A DNA stretch of 64,000 nucleotides from an uncultured Lentisphaerales bacterium (GCA_964599645.1 CAZRGQ010000003.1:17565-81564), one strand, 5' to 3'; shown: positions 45,856 through 55,769, counted from the first letter of the stretch. Notes: generated from the letters alone by a model not told the origin. Numbers and translations are program-made.

Positions 45856-46672
45856 GTCTGCCAGTCGTGTTGCCAGGCCGCCCAAGGCTGCCTTTACGCT
45901 GCTGGAGCTGTTGGTGGTGATGGGCATCATGGTAGTGCTGGCCACGATCTTTATCTCCAACTACTTCGGCATGACGCGCGCCGCCTCCTACAGCGCCGCC
46001 GAGACCGACGTCTACAACATGTTGCAACTGGCGCGGCAGCGCGCCTGCATGGATGGCAGCAAGGTCTTCTTCATGCTGATCGACAGCAACAGCTACGTCC
46101 TGGTGCATGGCGTCGGCACCATTACCAAAAACATGAACTCAACCACTTTGAATGGCAGACACCGCATCTACGATGCCTACGCTGATATTACCACAAATGC
46201 CCTCGACAAGAGCCAGATGCGCGTCTGGAACATGGACGAGAATACCTATGGCGATGATGTGACAATTGAACTCGTCAATGCTAATGAAGCGCTCTACCCC
46301 GGCAGCACCGAGAAGTGTTCCCGCCAGATCATGACGATCAACGCCAAACTCCCCAAGGCGGCAGACTATAACAAGTGGAAAGAGGGAGACAGCTATGGCT
46401 TTGAACTCTATCCGCGCCAGACGCTGCCCAAAGGCTTCTACTTCGGTGTCAACAGCCTCAACACCAAGCCTAACAACGATAAAATTGTCTTTGCCGGCGA
46501 CGGCAGCAGCAGCGTTGTCAATGCTGACGGCAGTGAGTCTAAAAGCGGCACCACCACCATCTACATCTATGAAGAGATCGTCAAGGAGCAAAAACGTGAG
46601 ATCAAGATTGAAGTTGTCCACCCGTTCGGCACGATCAAACCCGGCAGCGCCCACCTCGGTGGCCAAGGTTAA
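45845..46672 (+). CDS. pilin/pseudopilin-like protein (Ala at -1)
   Basis: MRVESASRVARPPKAAFTLLELLVVMGIMVVLATIF. Confidence 0.65.
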   Translation: MRVESASRVARPPKAAFTLLELLVVMGIMVVLATIFISNYFGMTRAASYSAAETDVYNMLQLARQRACMDGSKVFFMLIDSNSYVLVHGVGTITKNMNSTTLNGRHRIYDAYADITTNALDKSQMRVWNMDENTYGDDVTIELVNANEALYPGSTEKCSRQIMTINAKLPKAADYNKWKEGDSYGFELYPRQTLPKGFYFGVNSLNTKPNNDKIVFAGDGSSSVVNADGSESKSGTTTIYIYEEIVKEQKREIKIEVVHPFGTIKPGSAHLGGQG

Positions 46673-46679
46673 GGCTGAG

Positions 46680-47237
46680 ATGTTGCAGGAACAGTTCATG
46701 TACAGCACCACTCCAAACTCTACTCCGGGATGCCTCTCTTGTCCGGCATCCATCCCGCCCCTGAGCGGTTTCACACTCGTCGAGATCAACATCGTACTGC
46801 TGGTGATCGGTATCGGCCTGCTGGCGCTGCTCGGCCTCTTCCCCGTCGGCCTGCGCCAGGCTTCGCTGGCCCAGGCCGATACGGCTCAGGCGCTCTTTGC
46901 CGAGCAGGTGCTGAGCGCCCTGCATGCCAAGGCTGCCACCATCACCGACTGGAACGATTGGAAGCAGTTTAAAACCAAAATCCTCACCGGAGTTACGATT
47001 GCCGGCGGCAAGCAACTGGTAGCCGGTAGCGAACAAAAACTTGCTGCCTATCTAGACGATGACGACACGACCATGCGTTACCTGCTGGATTTTAATGAAG
47101 TCAAAAGCCCGGTGGCTAACTTTGACGGTCGCTTATGGCGTGCCTCGTTACGAGTGATCGACCGTGCGCAAGGCGATATCAATACCGTCCCCGTCTACTG
47201 CAGCGACTTCGTCTTCATGGGGGAACCACCGCAGTGA
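46680..47237 (+). CDS. pilin/pseudopilin-like protein
   Basis: …SIPPLSGFTLVEINIVLLVIGIGLLALLGLFPV…. Confidence 0.6.
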   Translation: MLQEQFMYSTTPNSTPGCLSCPASIPPLSGFTLVEINIVLLVIGIGLLALLGLFPVGLRQASLAQADTAQALFAEQVLSALHAKAATITDWNDWKQFKTKILTGVTIAGGKQLVAGSEQKLAAYLDDDDTTMRYLLDFNEVKSPVANFDGRLWRASLRVIDRAQGDINTVPVYCSDFVFMGEPPQ

Positions 47238-47239
47238 CC

Positions 47240-47500
47240 ACGTCCGTTTTTGTGAATTGTAAGCTGTCAGCCGTAAGCGATAAGCGCCGTGCCGGCGCTG
47301 CCCCGGGAACCCCGGGCTCCAGCTCGGGCTGTGTCACGAAACTACGGCGGTTTCGGAGAAACGCGCCCTACTCCGGCGGCAACGGCGTGCCGCCCTCCAC
47401 GACCCTCAACCTTCGACCATCGACTCACGACCCACAACTTACAGCCTCACAGCTCACAGCTCACAGCTCGCAACTTACTGCAGCGCGCCGCCGCGCCGCC
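47240..47500. repeat. composite GC-rich intergenic repeat element. Forward heptamer tract TGTGAAT TGTAAGC TGTCAGC CGTAAGC GATAAGC (47251-47285); box GGTTTCGGAGAAACGCGCCCTACTCC; hairpin motif CGGCGGCAACGGCGTGCCGCCCTCCA; reverse-orientation heptamer tract ACAGCCT (CACAGCT)3 CGCAACT (47441-47475)
   Basis: All modules shared with the 29.1-29.5 kb and 63.2-63.7 kb elements. The 3' part lies inside the only open frame leading into the next pilin gene. Confidence 0.6.
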
Positions 47501-48124
47501 TTCTCACTGATTGAAGTCCTCGTAGCCACCACCATCCTCATGATTATCGTCGTGATCATCTCGATGGTCTTCCAGCAGACGAGCGGCGCCTACCAGAGCG
47601 GCACGCAGCGCGTCAAGTCCCAGACGGTGTTGCGCAGTATTATGGGGATGATTGCCCGTGATCTGACACTGGCGGTTGATGATTTAGACTATAATGGAGT
47701 CGAAAACTCATTTGGTCGCAATACCATCACCTTTATCGCCCTGAGCGGCACGCCCGATGCCGGCAGCAGCACACCGGACAGCAAAAGAACTCCGCAACTG
47801 ATTGAATATAGTTATAATGGCGGTCTGATTAAACGCACCTGCACCGATCTGTTTTGCAAACGTGTTGCCGGCAACGATACTTGGGGCAAGGCCAGCGGGA
47901 GTGAGGCAGTCAAAACAACCACCCTGAACCCCAATCAGCGCCTGACGGACTTCTTCTTTGAATATACCTATCCTGCTACTGACGATGGCTCCGACCTGCC
48001 GTTACGCGTCGATATTCAGGGCGAGATCGAGACCGAAGGCAAAGCTACCTTCGTCAGGGGCCGGTCTGCCGGACCCGACGGTATCTGGGGCAATGCCGAT
48101 GATATTATTATAGGTGACAAGTGA
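47387..48124 (+). CDS. pilin/pseudopilin-like protein with uncertain start (Ala at -1)
   Basis: Mature-type N-terminus …RRRAAFSLIEVLVATTILMIIVVIISMVF. No ATG lies between the previous stop (47237) and the cleavage motif. Only in-frame GTG is at 47387, giving a 38-aa leader that is translated through the (CACAGCT)3 tract. Confidence 0.45.
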   Translation: MPPSTTLNLRPSTHDPQLTASQLTAHSSQLTAARRRAAFSLIEVLVATTILMIIVVIISMVFQQTSGAYQSGTQRVKSQTVLRSIMGMIARDLTLAVDDLDYNGVENSFGRNTITFIALSGTPDAGSSTPDSKRTPQLIEYSYNGGLIKRTCTDLFCKRVAGNDTWGKASGSEAVKTTTLNPNQRLTDFFFEYTYPATDDGSDLPLRVDIQGEIETEGKATFVRGRSAGPDGIWGNADDIIIGDK

Positions 48125-48126
48125 CC

Positions 48127-48618
48127 ATGCCTGCCTCAACCACTTCGTTACGGCCGCGCCGCTGTGCGCCCAAGTCAAGCTCCCGCGCCGCCTTCACCCT
48201 CGCCGAGATGCTGACCGTGATCGTGATCATCGCCATCTTGTTGAGTGCCGCCGGCGCCTCCTATCGCCGCGCTTTGCAACTGTCACGTTTGTCACGCGCC
48301 GAGACCGAGCTGCGCGAACTGGTGGCCGCCTGGCTGCAGTATCACCAGCTCTACAACGATTGGCCCGCTGCTGCCAAAGGCAGAATTAATGTTGATGTGA
48401 CCGGCAGCCTGCTGGCGCCGCTGATCGATCAGAGTCGTAATGATCGCGGCATTCTCTTCCTGAACCTGACGCTCGATGCCGGACAGGAGTATCGCGACCC
48501 CTGGGGCAAAGCCTATCAGCTCTCATTCGATAAAGATACGTACACGGACAAGAATAAAACGGTCACCGCGCTACGTACCAGTGTAAGCTTTCCTAACCGC
48601 TATCGTCGTTTTGATTAA
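48127..48618 (+). CDS. pilin/pseudopilin-like protein (Ala at -1)
   Basis: MPASTTSLRPRRCAPKSSSRAAFTLAEMLTVIVIIAILLSAAG. Confidence 0.7.
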   Translation: MPASTTSLRPRRCAPKSSSRAAFTLAEMLTVIVIIAILLSAAGASYRRALQLSRLSRAETELRELVAAWLQYHQLYNDWPAAAKGRINVDVTGSLLAPLIDQSRNDRGILFLNLTLDAGQEYRDPWGKAYQLSFDKDTYTDKNKTVTALRTSVSFPNRYRRFD

Positions 48619-48644
48619 CTTTTACCACTAATGGAAATTTTATA

Positions 48645-51278
48645 ATGAACGGTAAATCCACCTCCTCCCGTGCGGGAGTAGCGCTGGTGATTGTCCTGGG
48701 TCTTTTGGCCCTCTTGATGATCACCGGTGTCGCCTTTACGATCCTGATGCGTATTGAGCGTGCCGGCGCCTCCAATATGCGTCATGCCGCTACGGCCCGC
48801 CAGATGGCCAAAGGCGGGCTGGCCTACGCCATTGCCGCCATCGACCGCGACATCGGTGACAAGGTGGATCCCGGCTGGAGCAACCGCACACTGCGTATCA
48901 CCGCAGCTAACGGCGAGATACTTCGGACTCAACAAGAGCATAGCGCTGATAGCGCGGTGACAAGAATTGCCGAAGATATCTTTCTCTCGCTGCACGAAGC
49001 TGAAGATAATCCTCGGGCCGTAGCTACAGCACGGGTTTTAAGCCGGGAAGCGGCCCAGCATCTCCCCGGTGCCCTACGCTACCGTGCCGAGATGCTGCAG
49101 AAAGAGATACAACCCCCAAACATGGCTGAACCGAACGGCTACTATGCACAACCGGAGTGGATACCAGTGACGCACAATGGTTCGCATAACGGCTCGATCA
49201 TCGGTCGTTATGCCTATGTGGTGCTCAACACCACCGGCCTGCTCGATGCCAATGTGGTGCACGACGCCACTGCCACCCGCTGGCTCGGCAATAGTGCCGG
49301 TGAGATACGCCTCGATCCCGACCTGCAGCTTGATGTGATGCCCCCAACCCCAAAATATCCTCTTCCTGCCCAGGCATTCTATGTACACCGTGACATAGGA
49401 GAGGGTAGTGCTGGCGGTTATGGCCGCTATGAGTCGCTACCCGAACTGGCTCGCAAAAACAGCGGCCTCGATGGCCCTGCCCTGCAGAACTTCGGCGTCT
49501 TCTCTTACAACCCGCCAGACTTGATTCCGCTTGAGGCTGCCATTGCCGCCAATCAGGTGCGCCACACTACGCTGCGCAATAAACTGAAGGGGCAGAAGAT
49601 CGACATCAGTAGCGAGAAGAAGATTAAAGAACGCAAACAAGATATTATCGAGGCCTTTGAAATTTCCGGACTCAGTGCAACACAGGCCAAATGGGCCTAC
49701 TTCGGCCTGCTCGACTACATCGATGAGGATAACGAACCAGCGGGCGCTGACGATAATGAGCGCTTAAACCGTCCCGCTACTGAAGCCGTTCCGCTTTTTA
49801 GTTCATTGAATCTGCGTTTGAAATATAAGGTAAGCGATGTTGACGAGAATAACAAGCGCGTACATACCATGACTTATATCTTTACTTACTTCTTCGATTA
49901 CCCTTTTAATGTACCAAATTCTTCTTACGGACTAAATGTGTTACTCAGGATAAGTGGAGGTGACGGAAGTGTATGGGATGCTCTAATTCCCGATAACGTG
50001 GCCCCTCCGGCTCATAGCTTTGTTTCACCCGACACACGGGAGAGATACGAGTATACTATTGAAAAGGTGCTTACAACAGATGCCGACAATGGCACTTTGC
50101 CGAGCCTTAACTTTTCACTGCTTACGATGACAGAGATAACGTTAAACGGAAAAATTGTGCGGCAGGCACCATATTCTAAAAATTCATTGCGTTGGACTGT
50201 TGGTATTGCCGGAGATCAGTTTACCGGGACGAAGGAGGTCGAACGCTGGTGTGAGGTGCTCGACCCCCGTTTTAACCATTTGGGAAGCGCCAGTGAGGCG
50301 TGGTGGCTTAGTCACCCGGATTTAATTGCGGCTGGTGATAATGCTGCTTTTCTAGGGAAGACTCTGATTGACCATGCTGCAGACCTTTCAGGCTATGAGG
50401 TCAACTTCAAGCGAGTGCTGCCAAATTCACTGACAGAGTATCTCTTTACTGAACCGAAAGCGCTGTCCCGTGAGCGCAGTGATTTTCGTATGATAACAGA
50501 TGGTTATAGAGTTGGCGCCAACCATGAAGACTCACCTACTATCCAATACCGCTTTCATGTGGCCAACAGACCATTGCTTACGACCGGTGAGCTTGGCTAT
50601 CTCCCAATCGGCTACTGGCTCACCATTAACCTCTTTGATCATGGCCACGATAGTTATAATTTGGGCAACTCTTGGTTTGGGTATAACAACTTACCCGCAA
50701 TAGGCTATCACCCGGTGTTGGACTACTTCACCGTCCATGATCCTGAGCAGCCAAGACGCGGCCTGATAAACCTCAATACGCGTAACCCCGAGGTGCTGGG
50801 GGCGGCCTTTACTAAGTTGCCGCTGCAGATCGAGGAGTACACGCCAGACTCGCCGGGAACTCTTTTAAGCGCAGATGATGCCAAAGATATTGCCAATTGG
50901 GTTATCAAGCGTGGCCCCTACAAACGCATTTCCGATATTGGCACAATTTTTTCTGGCACTGACGCAGGCGTGAGTCCTTCGGATTCCAAGCTGGCACCGC
51001 CGTTCAAAATAATTAAAAACAAAATTTCAGATTTCGGCGAATTTGAGCGTGAGGCGCTGATCCGCAACGCCTGTAATCTCTTCACGCTGCGGGGACAGAC
51101 CTTCACCATCATCCTGCGTGCCGATGCCTTTACGCCGCGTTTCGGTATGAGCGGCGTCAAGCAGGGTAATGTGTTGGCCACGGCTACGGCTGTGGCGCAA
51201 ATCTGGCGTGATACCGAGCCCGATGCGCAGGGCAAACACCCCACCTTTGTCCAGTTTTTCAAGATTCTGGACGACTAG
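48645..51278 (+). CDS. giant GspK-like minor pseudopilin (877 aa)
   Basis: N-terminus SSRAGVALVIVLGLLALLMITGVAFTILMRIER is the GspK-type variant of the class III signal (G-V-A-L-x-x-V-L, no Glu+5). Protein is ~2.5x longer than canonical GspK. Terminal position in the pilin gene array. Confidence 0.6.
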   Translation: MNGKSTSSRAGVALVIVLGLLALLMITGVAFTILMRIERAGASNMRHAATARQMAKGGLAYAIAAIDRDIGDKVDPGWSNRTLRITAANGEILRTQQEHSADSAVTRIAEDIFLSLHEAEDNPRAVATARVLSREAAQHLPGALRYRAEMLQKEIQPPNMAEPNGYYAQPEWIPVTHNGSHNGSIIGRYAYVVLNTTGLLDANVVHDATATRWLGNSAGEIRLDPDLQLDVMPPTPKYPLPAQAFYVHRDIGEGSAGGYGRYESLPELARKNSGLDGPALQNFGVFSYNPPDLIPLEAAIAANQVRHTTLRNKLKGQKIDISSEKKIKERKQDIIEAFEISGLSATQAKWAYFGLLDYIDEDNEPAGADDNERLNRPATEAVPLFSSLNLRLKYKVSDVDENNKRVHTMTYIFTYFFDYPFNVPNSSYGLNVLLRISGGDGSVWDALIPDNVAPPAHSFVSPDTRERYEYTIEKVLTTDADNGTLPSLNFSLLTMTEITLNGKIVRQAPYSKNSLRWTVGIAGDQFTGTKEVERWCEVLDPRFNHLGSASEAWWLSHPDLIAAGDNAAFLGKTLIDHAADLSGYEVNFKRVLPNSLTEYLFTEPKALSRERSDFRMITDGYRVGANHEDSPTIQYRFHVANRPLLTTGELGYLPIGYWLTINLFDHGHDSYNLGNSWFGYNNLPAIGYHPVLDYFTVHDPEQPRRGLINLNTRNPEVLGAAFTKLPLQIEEYTPDSPGTLLSADDAKDIANWVIKRGPYKRISDIGTIFSGTDAGVSPSDSKLAPPFKIIKNKISDFGEFEREALIRNACNLFTLRGQTFTIILRADAFTPRFGMSGVKQGNVLATATAVAQIWRDTEPDAQGKHPTFVQFFKILDD

Positions 51279-51295
51279 CAGCTTGCTGCCGGAGT

Positions 51296-54200
51296 ATGAG
51301 TATGAAATCAGTCCACCTGCTGCTCTCTGCAGGCCTCTTTCTAGCCGTTGCCACTGCCGCCACGGCGCAAGTCGAGATAAGACGTGACAGCCGCGTCGGC
51401 TCCTGCGGGGCCGAGTTCAAGCTGGGCGCAGCAGGCAGCGCCACGATTGAACTGGAGTTTGCCGAGGCCCCCAAAGAGGTGATCAATCTCACGCTGCACC
51501 ATGAAAAGGCTACCACACCTGATCCCGTGGTGGCCAAAAAGAGCATCACGACGGTGCTGACCAACTCGATGTTGCGCTTTGCGACCCGCAGCCGGGATGG
51601 AATAAGGCTCGACTACCACCTCCGGCCGCGCCCGCGCCGCTATACCGAGAAGCAGCAGGGCGAACGGCTTGAAGGTTGGCTCAAGCTGGGCGATGCGACG
51701 CAGCGCTATATCAAGTTCGAGGCGCGCTACTCGCCCCGCGGCACCCTCTGCTATATCGATGATCGCTATGCGGGACGTCTCGATCACGACAACTCCCTGA
51801 CTGCGTTGCGCTTCAGACTGCCGGAGGCGGGTGAGGTGCGCCCTCTCACCACCCTGCCGCCCCCCTGGGATGACCGTTTTCTGCCGCTCAACTTTGCCGC
51901 CGTGGCGCAGCCCGGCACACTGCGTGAGGCTACCACCACCCTGCCGCCGGGAGTGCAGCAGGTGGGGCTGGTGCCCTTCGTGGTCGCCGCCGGCGACGGC
52001 TCGGGCGACATCGCCAAGGTGCGGAAGATGCGCGGCTCGTGGCAACTGGAGTGCGATGAGTATCTCTCGCGCAACAGCTTCGACAACATGCCAGAGTCGC
52101 AACTGCTCACCGTGCCGCAAGACTACTACCACCGCGCCTGGATTCTGCTGGCCGTCGATCCCGACCCGCAGCGCGACCCGCTCCTGATCGCCCGCCTGAC
52201 CCGCTTTGCCGGACGCAGCATGGTGGGGCGCGGTACCGCCTTTGCCGATGGTTATCTCACCCTGCCGCGTGACGGCGAAAGAGTGCCCGACAACCTGAAG
52301 CAGGTGGGCAGCGTCAACTTCACCACCAATGGCGTGGCTGAGAATTGGCCGCTCTACCTCGCCGGTATCGACCTGCCGCTGGGCGAGATGCAGGAGTTAA
52401 TCGAAGTGGCGGGGCAGGACCCGATGGCCGAGCTGCGGATCGGTCCCTACCTCGACTTCGAGCTGTTGGGGCGTTGCGGCGTGATCGGTATCCAGAGCGA
52501 CGGGCGCCGCTCGCCCGGCAAAGCGCGCAGCGCCGCCCACGTCTTCGGCGTGACCCTGGAGCGGGCACCGGCCGCCTTCCGGCTGGTGCAGTACCAACCG
52601 GGCAACGTCTTCGAGCAGCACGAAACGGCACAGATCGATGCCATCGTGACGGCGCGTGTCGCCGGCAGCTACCGGCTGCTGTGGGAGATCAGCGACGTCG
52701 ACGGGCAGACCGTCACCAGCGACAGCCGGACTTTGACTTTGGCAGATGGCGCTATGGTTACCAATACGATCCCGCTGACGCAGCCCGAAGTGGGACACTA
52801 CAAGCTGCGCTTTACCCTGCAGGATGGTCGTGAACAGCCGCTTATCAGCCACAACGCCGCCTTTGCCCTGCTGCCGACCGACAGCCGCGAGGCTACCGTG
52901 GCCGACTCTCCCTATGGGGTCTGGTGGTTTGGCGGCTCGCACCTCACCACGCGTGATCTCGCCAAGGCCGGTCCGCTCCATCTCAAGGCCGGCATCCGCC
53001 GCACACTGCCAGCCCACTACAGCGAGGCCGAGATGGCCCCCTACAAGCTGACGCTGACGACGCAGGGCTGGAAGTTCAGAACGGCCGACCTCGACAACTT
53101 CGAGGCGGCCTCCAAACGCGTCTATACCCACACCACCAACATGTTGGCACGCTACCCCAGTTGTCAGAACGCGATGATCTTCCACGAGAGCCATGCCAAC
53201 ACGCTGCCCAACGAACTGGCCGGTGGCAAGACGCAGTATGATGAGAAGCAGAGGGCCGCCAACCGGCGCAAGGCCGAGCTGGCCAACAAGGTGGGCGACT
53301 TCTACCGCACAAACTTCCCGCAGATCAAACTGGCCGTCGGCAACACCAGTGGCACCGCCCAGATCATCAACGACCTGCTTGAGTTCGGCTTCGAGATCGA
53401 CAAGTATGCCGACTACATCGGCATCGAGACGCCGGGCCAGACCTTCATGCCGGAGTCGATCTCGCACCACAACATCATGGCCGCCTGGCTGGCACGGGAG
53501 GTGGCCCGTCAACGCGGCCACGATGTGCCGCTGACCGGCTGCCACGAGTTTACCTACCGTGCCGACCGGCTGATCGGCGCAGCGCGCCAGGCCGAATACT
53601 ATGTGCGTGATATCCTCCTCTCTCACGCCTACAACTTCCAGCAGATCGGTCCCGGTACTCTGGAGGATGCCGGTAGTTGCTACTACAACACCCTCTGGGG
53701 CTGTGCCGGGCTGGTAGAGCGCTCGCCGCTCTTCTATCCCAAACCATCCTATGTCGCCGTGGCCACTGCCACCAGAGTGATGGACAGGGTGAGCCAGCCG
53801 CGCATGATCCCCACCGGCTCGCTCACCGTCTACGCGCTGGAGATGCAGCGCCAGCGCGCTGAGCCCGACACCGTTTACGCCATCTGGACACCACGCGGCC
53901 GGACAACGCTCGGCTTCGACTTCGGCGCTGCCAACGAAGTTGAGCTGGTCGACCTCTATGGCCGCACCCGCCGGCTTGCCAGCCGTGCTGACCAGCCGCT
54001 GGAGGTGGTCGCCAGCCCGGCGGCCGGCTATCTGATCAGCCCCACACCGGTGCGCGCCATCACAATTGTGAAGCACGACTACAGCGCCGATGATCCACCG
54101 CCGCACTATCAGCCGGCCGACCCGATGGATGACTGCGCCCGTTGGGAGATGACCTCCGAGTTTTCACTGGCCGGCACCTTTATGCGTCGCGGCAACTTCA

Positions 54201-54697
54201 CCATGTGTAACGTCGACGACAGCGAGCGTGGCCGCTGCATTGAGGTTGAACTGCAACCCGATGCCACACTGCCGGCCAGCGTGGCTGAATATACCGTCAT
54301 GCGGCTGCGCGAACCGGTGCCGCTGCCGGGGCAGCCCCATACCGTCGGCGTCTGGGTCAAGGGCAACTCCAACTGGGGCCGTCTCTTCTTCGAGCTGGAG
54401 GACGCCGCTGGCCGCCTCTGGCGCTGCGACGGCGGCTACAACGACTGGCCTGCCGACCTGGCCGTCAACTTCGACGGCTGGCGTTACCTCAGCTTCTTTA
54501 TCGATCCGGCGCGTTCAGCGGTGAAAAACCACTCTCCCGGTAAACAGTGGCGCTCCAGTGGCGGCGGTACTCAGCCGCAATATCCACTCACCTTGACGGC
54601 TCTCTACGTCACCATGCACCAGCAGGCGATCGATCCGGTGGAGATGCGTGCCGTGGAGCCGAAACTGCGTCTGCAGGGAATTGGAGCCTTCGAATGA
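51296..54697 (+). CDS. large secreted protein of unknown function (1133 aa)
   Basis: Signal peptide MSMKSVHLLLSAGLFLAVATAATAQ. No motif I can assign with confidence. Directly downstream of the pilin/GspK array. Confidence 0.5.
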   Translation: MSMKSVHLLLSAGLFLAVATAATAQVEIRRDSRVGSCGAEFKLGAAGSATIELEFAEAPKEVINLTLHHEKATTPDPVVAKKSITTVLTNSMLRFATRSRDGIRLDYHLRPRPRRYTEKQQGERLEGWLKLGDATQRYIKFEARYSPRGTLCYIDDRYAGRLDHDNSLTALRFRLPEAGEVRPLTTLPPPWDDRFLPLNFAAVAQPGTLREATTTLPPGVQQVGLVPFVVAAGDGSGDIAKVRKMRGSWQLECDEYLSRNSFDNMPESQLLTVPQDYYHRAWILLAVDPDPQRDPLLIARLTRFAGRSMVGRGTAFADGYLTLPRDGERVPDNLKQVGSVNFTTNGVAENWPLYLAGIDLPLGEMQELIEVAGQDPMAELRIGPYLDFELLGRCGVIGIQSDGRRSPGKARSAAHVFGVTLERAPAAFRLVQYQPGNVFEQHETAQIDAIVTARVAGSYRLLWEISDVDGQTVTSDSRTLTLADGAMVTNTIPLTQPEVGHYKLRFTLQDGREQPLISHNAAFALLPTDSREATVADSPYGVWWFGGSHLTTRDLAKAGPLHLKAGIRRTLPAHYSEAEMAPYKLTLTTQGWKFRTADLDNFEAASKRVYTHTTNMLARYPSCQNAMIFHESHANTLPNELAGGKTQYDEKQRAANRRKAELANKVGDFYRTNFPQIKLAVGNTSGTAQIINDLLEFGFEIDKYADYIGIETPGQTFMPESISHHNIMAAWLAREVARQRGHDVPLTGCHEFTYRADRLIGAARQAEYYVRDILLSHAYNFQQIGPGTLEDAGSCYYNTLWGCAGLVERSPLFYPKPSYVAVATATRVMDRVSQPRMIPTGSLTVYALEMQRQRAEPDTVYAIWTPRGRTTLGFDFGAANEVELVDLYGRTRRLASRADQPLEVVASPAAGYLISPTPVRAITIVKHDYSADDPPPHYQPADPMDDCARWEMTSEFSLAGTFMRRGNFTMCNVDDSERGRCIEVELQPDATLPASVAEYTVMRLREPVPLPGQPHTVGVWVKGNSNWGRLFFELEDAAGRLWRCDGGYNDWPADLAVNFDGWRYLSFFIDPARSAVKNHSPGKQWRSSGGGTQPQYPLTLTALYVTMHQQAIDPVEMRAVEPKLRLQGIGAFE

Positions 54698-55341
54698 GAA
54701 CGCAAAAGAGACTCTCTCTGCTGCTGTTGAGCGGCCTGCTTTTGGGTAGCGTGAGAGCCACGGCGGAGCCCGACCGTGGCAACCTCCTGTGGCGTGAAGA
54801 TTTCGGGCGCTACGCTGTGGGCAGCAAACCGGCGCGTTACGGTGTCGGGCGGGGGGAGGTGTTGGCCGATGCCGATGGCCGCAAATTTTTCCGTGTCTCC
54901 GGCGGCGTCATGGGCGGTTTCGACTACTTCGGCGCCAAGCAGTGGCGTGACTACGATCTCGCCTTCAAGCTGCGCTTTGCCGACAAGTTTCACCTCTACC
55001 TAAGCGTCAAGAGCTGGGGCCGGCGTTATGGGAGCAACTACGACTGGTACTACCTGCGCTTTTCGCCGGATGCCATCGCCCCCAACGCCCACAATCTGCA
55101 AGAGGGAGCGACTGACCCGACCGAACGCGTCAAGATCGAGCCGCCGCTGGCCTGCGATCTGTGGCACGAGGTGTTGGTCGGGGTGACGTTGAGCAACGTC
55201 ACCGTGACGGTCAGTTCGCCCGGCGAGGAGGCCCCGCGGCTGCTCTTTGATCAGGCGGTGCTCCCCGGCACCGGCGGTATCGACTTCCGCTTCACCGGCG
55301 GCGTGGTGGATCTGGCCGATATGGCCGTCTACGAGCGTTAG
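54694..55341 (+). CDS. secreted protein of unknown function (215 aa)
   Basis: ATGA-coupled to the preceding gene. Signal peptide MRTQKRLSLLLLSGLLLGSVRATA. The ORF-track 5' extension (from 54547) lies inside the upstream gene. Confidence 0.5.
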   Translation: MRTQKRLSLLLLSGLLLGSVRATAEPDRGNLLWREDFGRYAVGSKPARYGVGRGEVLADADGRKFFRVSGGVMGGFDYFGAKQWRDYDLAFKLRFADKFHLYLSVKSWGRRYGSNYDWYYLRFSPDAIAPNAHNLQEGATDPTERVKIEPPLACDLWHEVLVGVTLSNVTVTVSSPGEEAPRLLFDQAVLPGTGGIDFRFTGGVVDLADMAVYER

Positions 55342-55400
55342 CAAGTTGCCCTTGACCCGCCTGCCGCCGGCTATAGCAGTCTTTTGCCTTTAACCACGGA

Positions 55401-55733
55401 TTACGAGCCCACAAGCGAGGCGAGGCGGCAGGAGGCGTGGAACTGGTCGAGCGGTGTCCGGAGCAGGGCGATCGACTCCCGTTCGGCGGCGGTGCGCATC
55501 TCGTCGGGGATCGGGCGGTCGTGGCAGATGAGGATGGCGTGCACCTCGGCGAGAGTAGCCACGGCGATCGTGTTGAGGTGGTTCTGGATGGTGATCAGGA
55601 TGGAGTCGGGCGGTGCGTGGCCGATGACGTCGCTGAGGAGATCGGAGGTGTAGGCGGCGTTAAGCGGTGGTGCATCAGCGGGGGCGGTCACGATGGTGGC
55701 CTGGCAGCAGGCGGCAATTTCAGTAATTGTCAT
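55401..55733 (-). CDS. DRTGG-domain protein
   Basis: 110 aa, small alpha/beta protein. Genomic context typical of DRTGG proteins next to CBS/HATPase regulators in [FeFe]-hydrogenase loci. Domain call by context and composition; moderate. Confidence 0.45.
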   Translation of the reverse strand: MTITEIAACCQATIVTAPADAPPLNAAYTSDLLSDVIGHAPPDSILITIQNHLNTIAVATLAEVHAILICHDRPIPDEMRTAAERESIALLRTPLDQFHASCRLASLVGS

Positions 55734-55769
55734 GGTGGCTCCTCTGGCGGCAGAAAAAGAGTGCAGCGT

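Noticed and set aside
52397-54106. Very long antisense ORFs (e.g. 52397..54106 -, 61372..63087 -, 31985..33601 -, 30813..32084 -, 9118..10053 -, 10345..11388 -, 14257..15246 -, 22814..23776 -, 37277..38227 -)
   Set aside because: They lie entirely opposite + strand genes with strong, specific motifs (hydA, FGGY kinase, addA, pilins). Their translations are Arg/Pro/Gly-rich low-complexity strings, typical of shadow ORFs in high-GC DNA.
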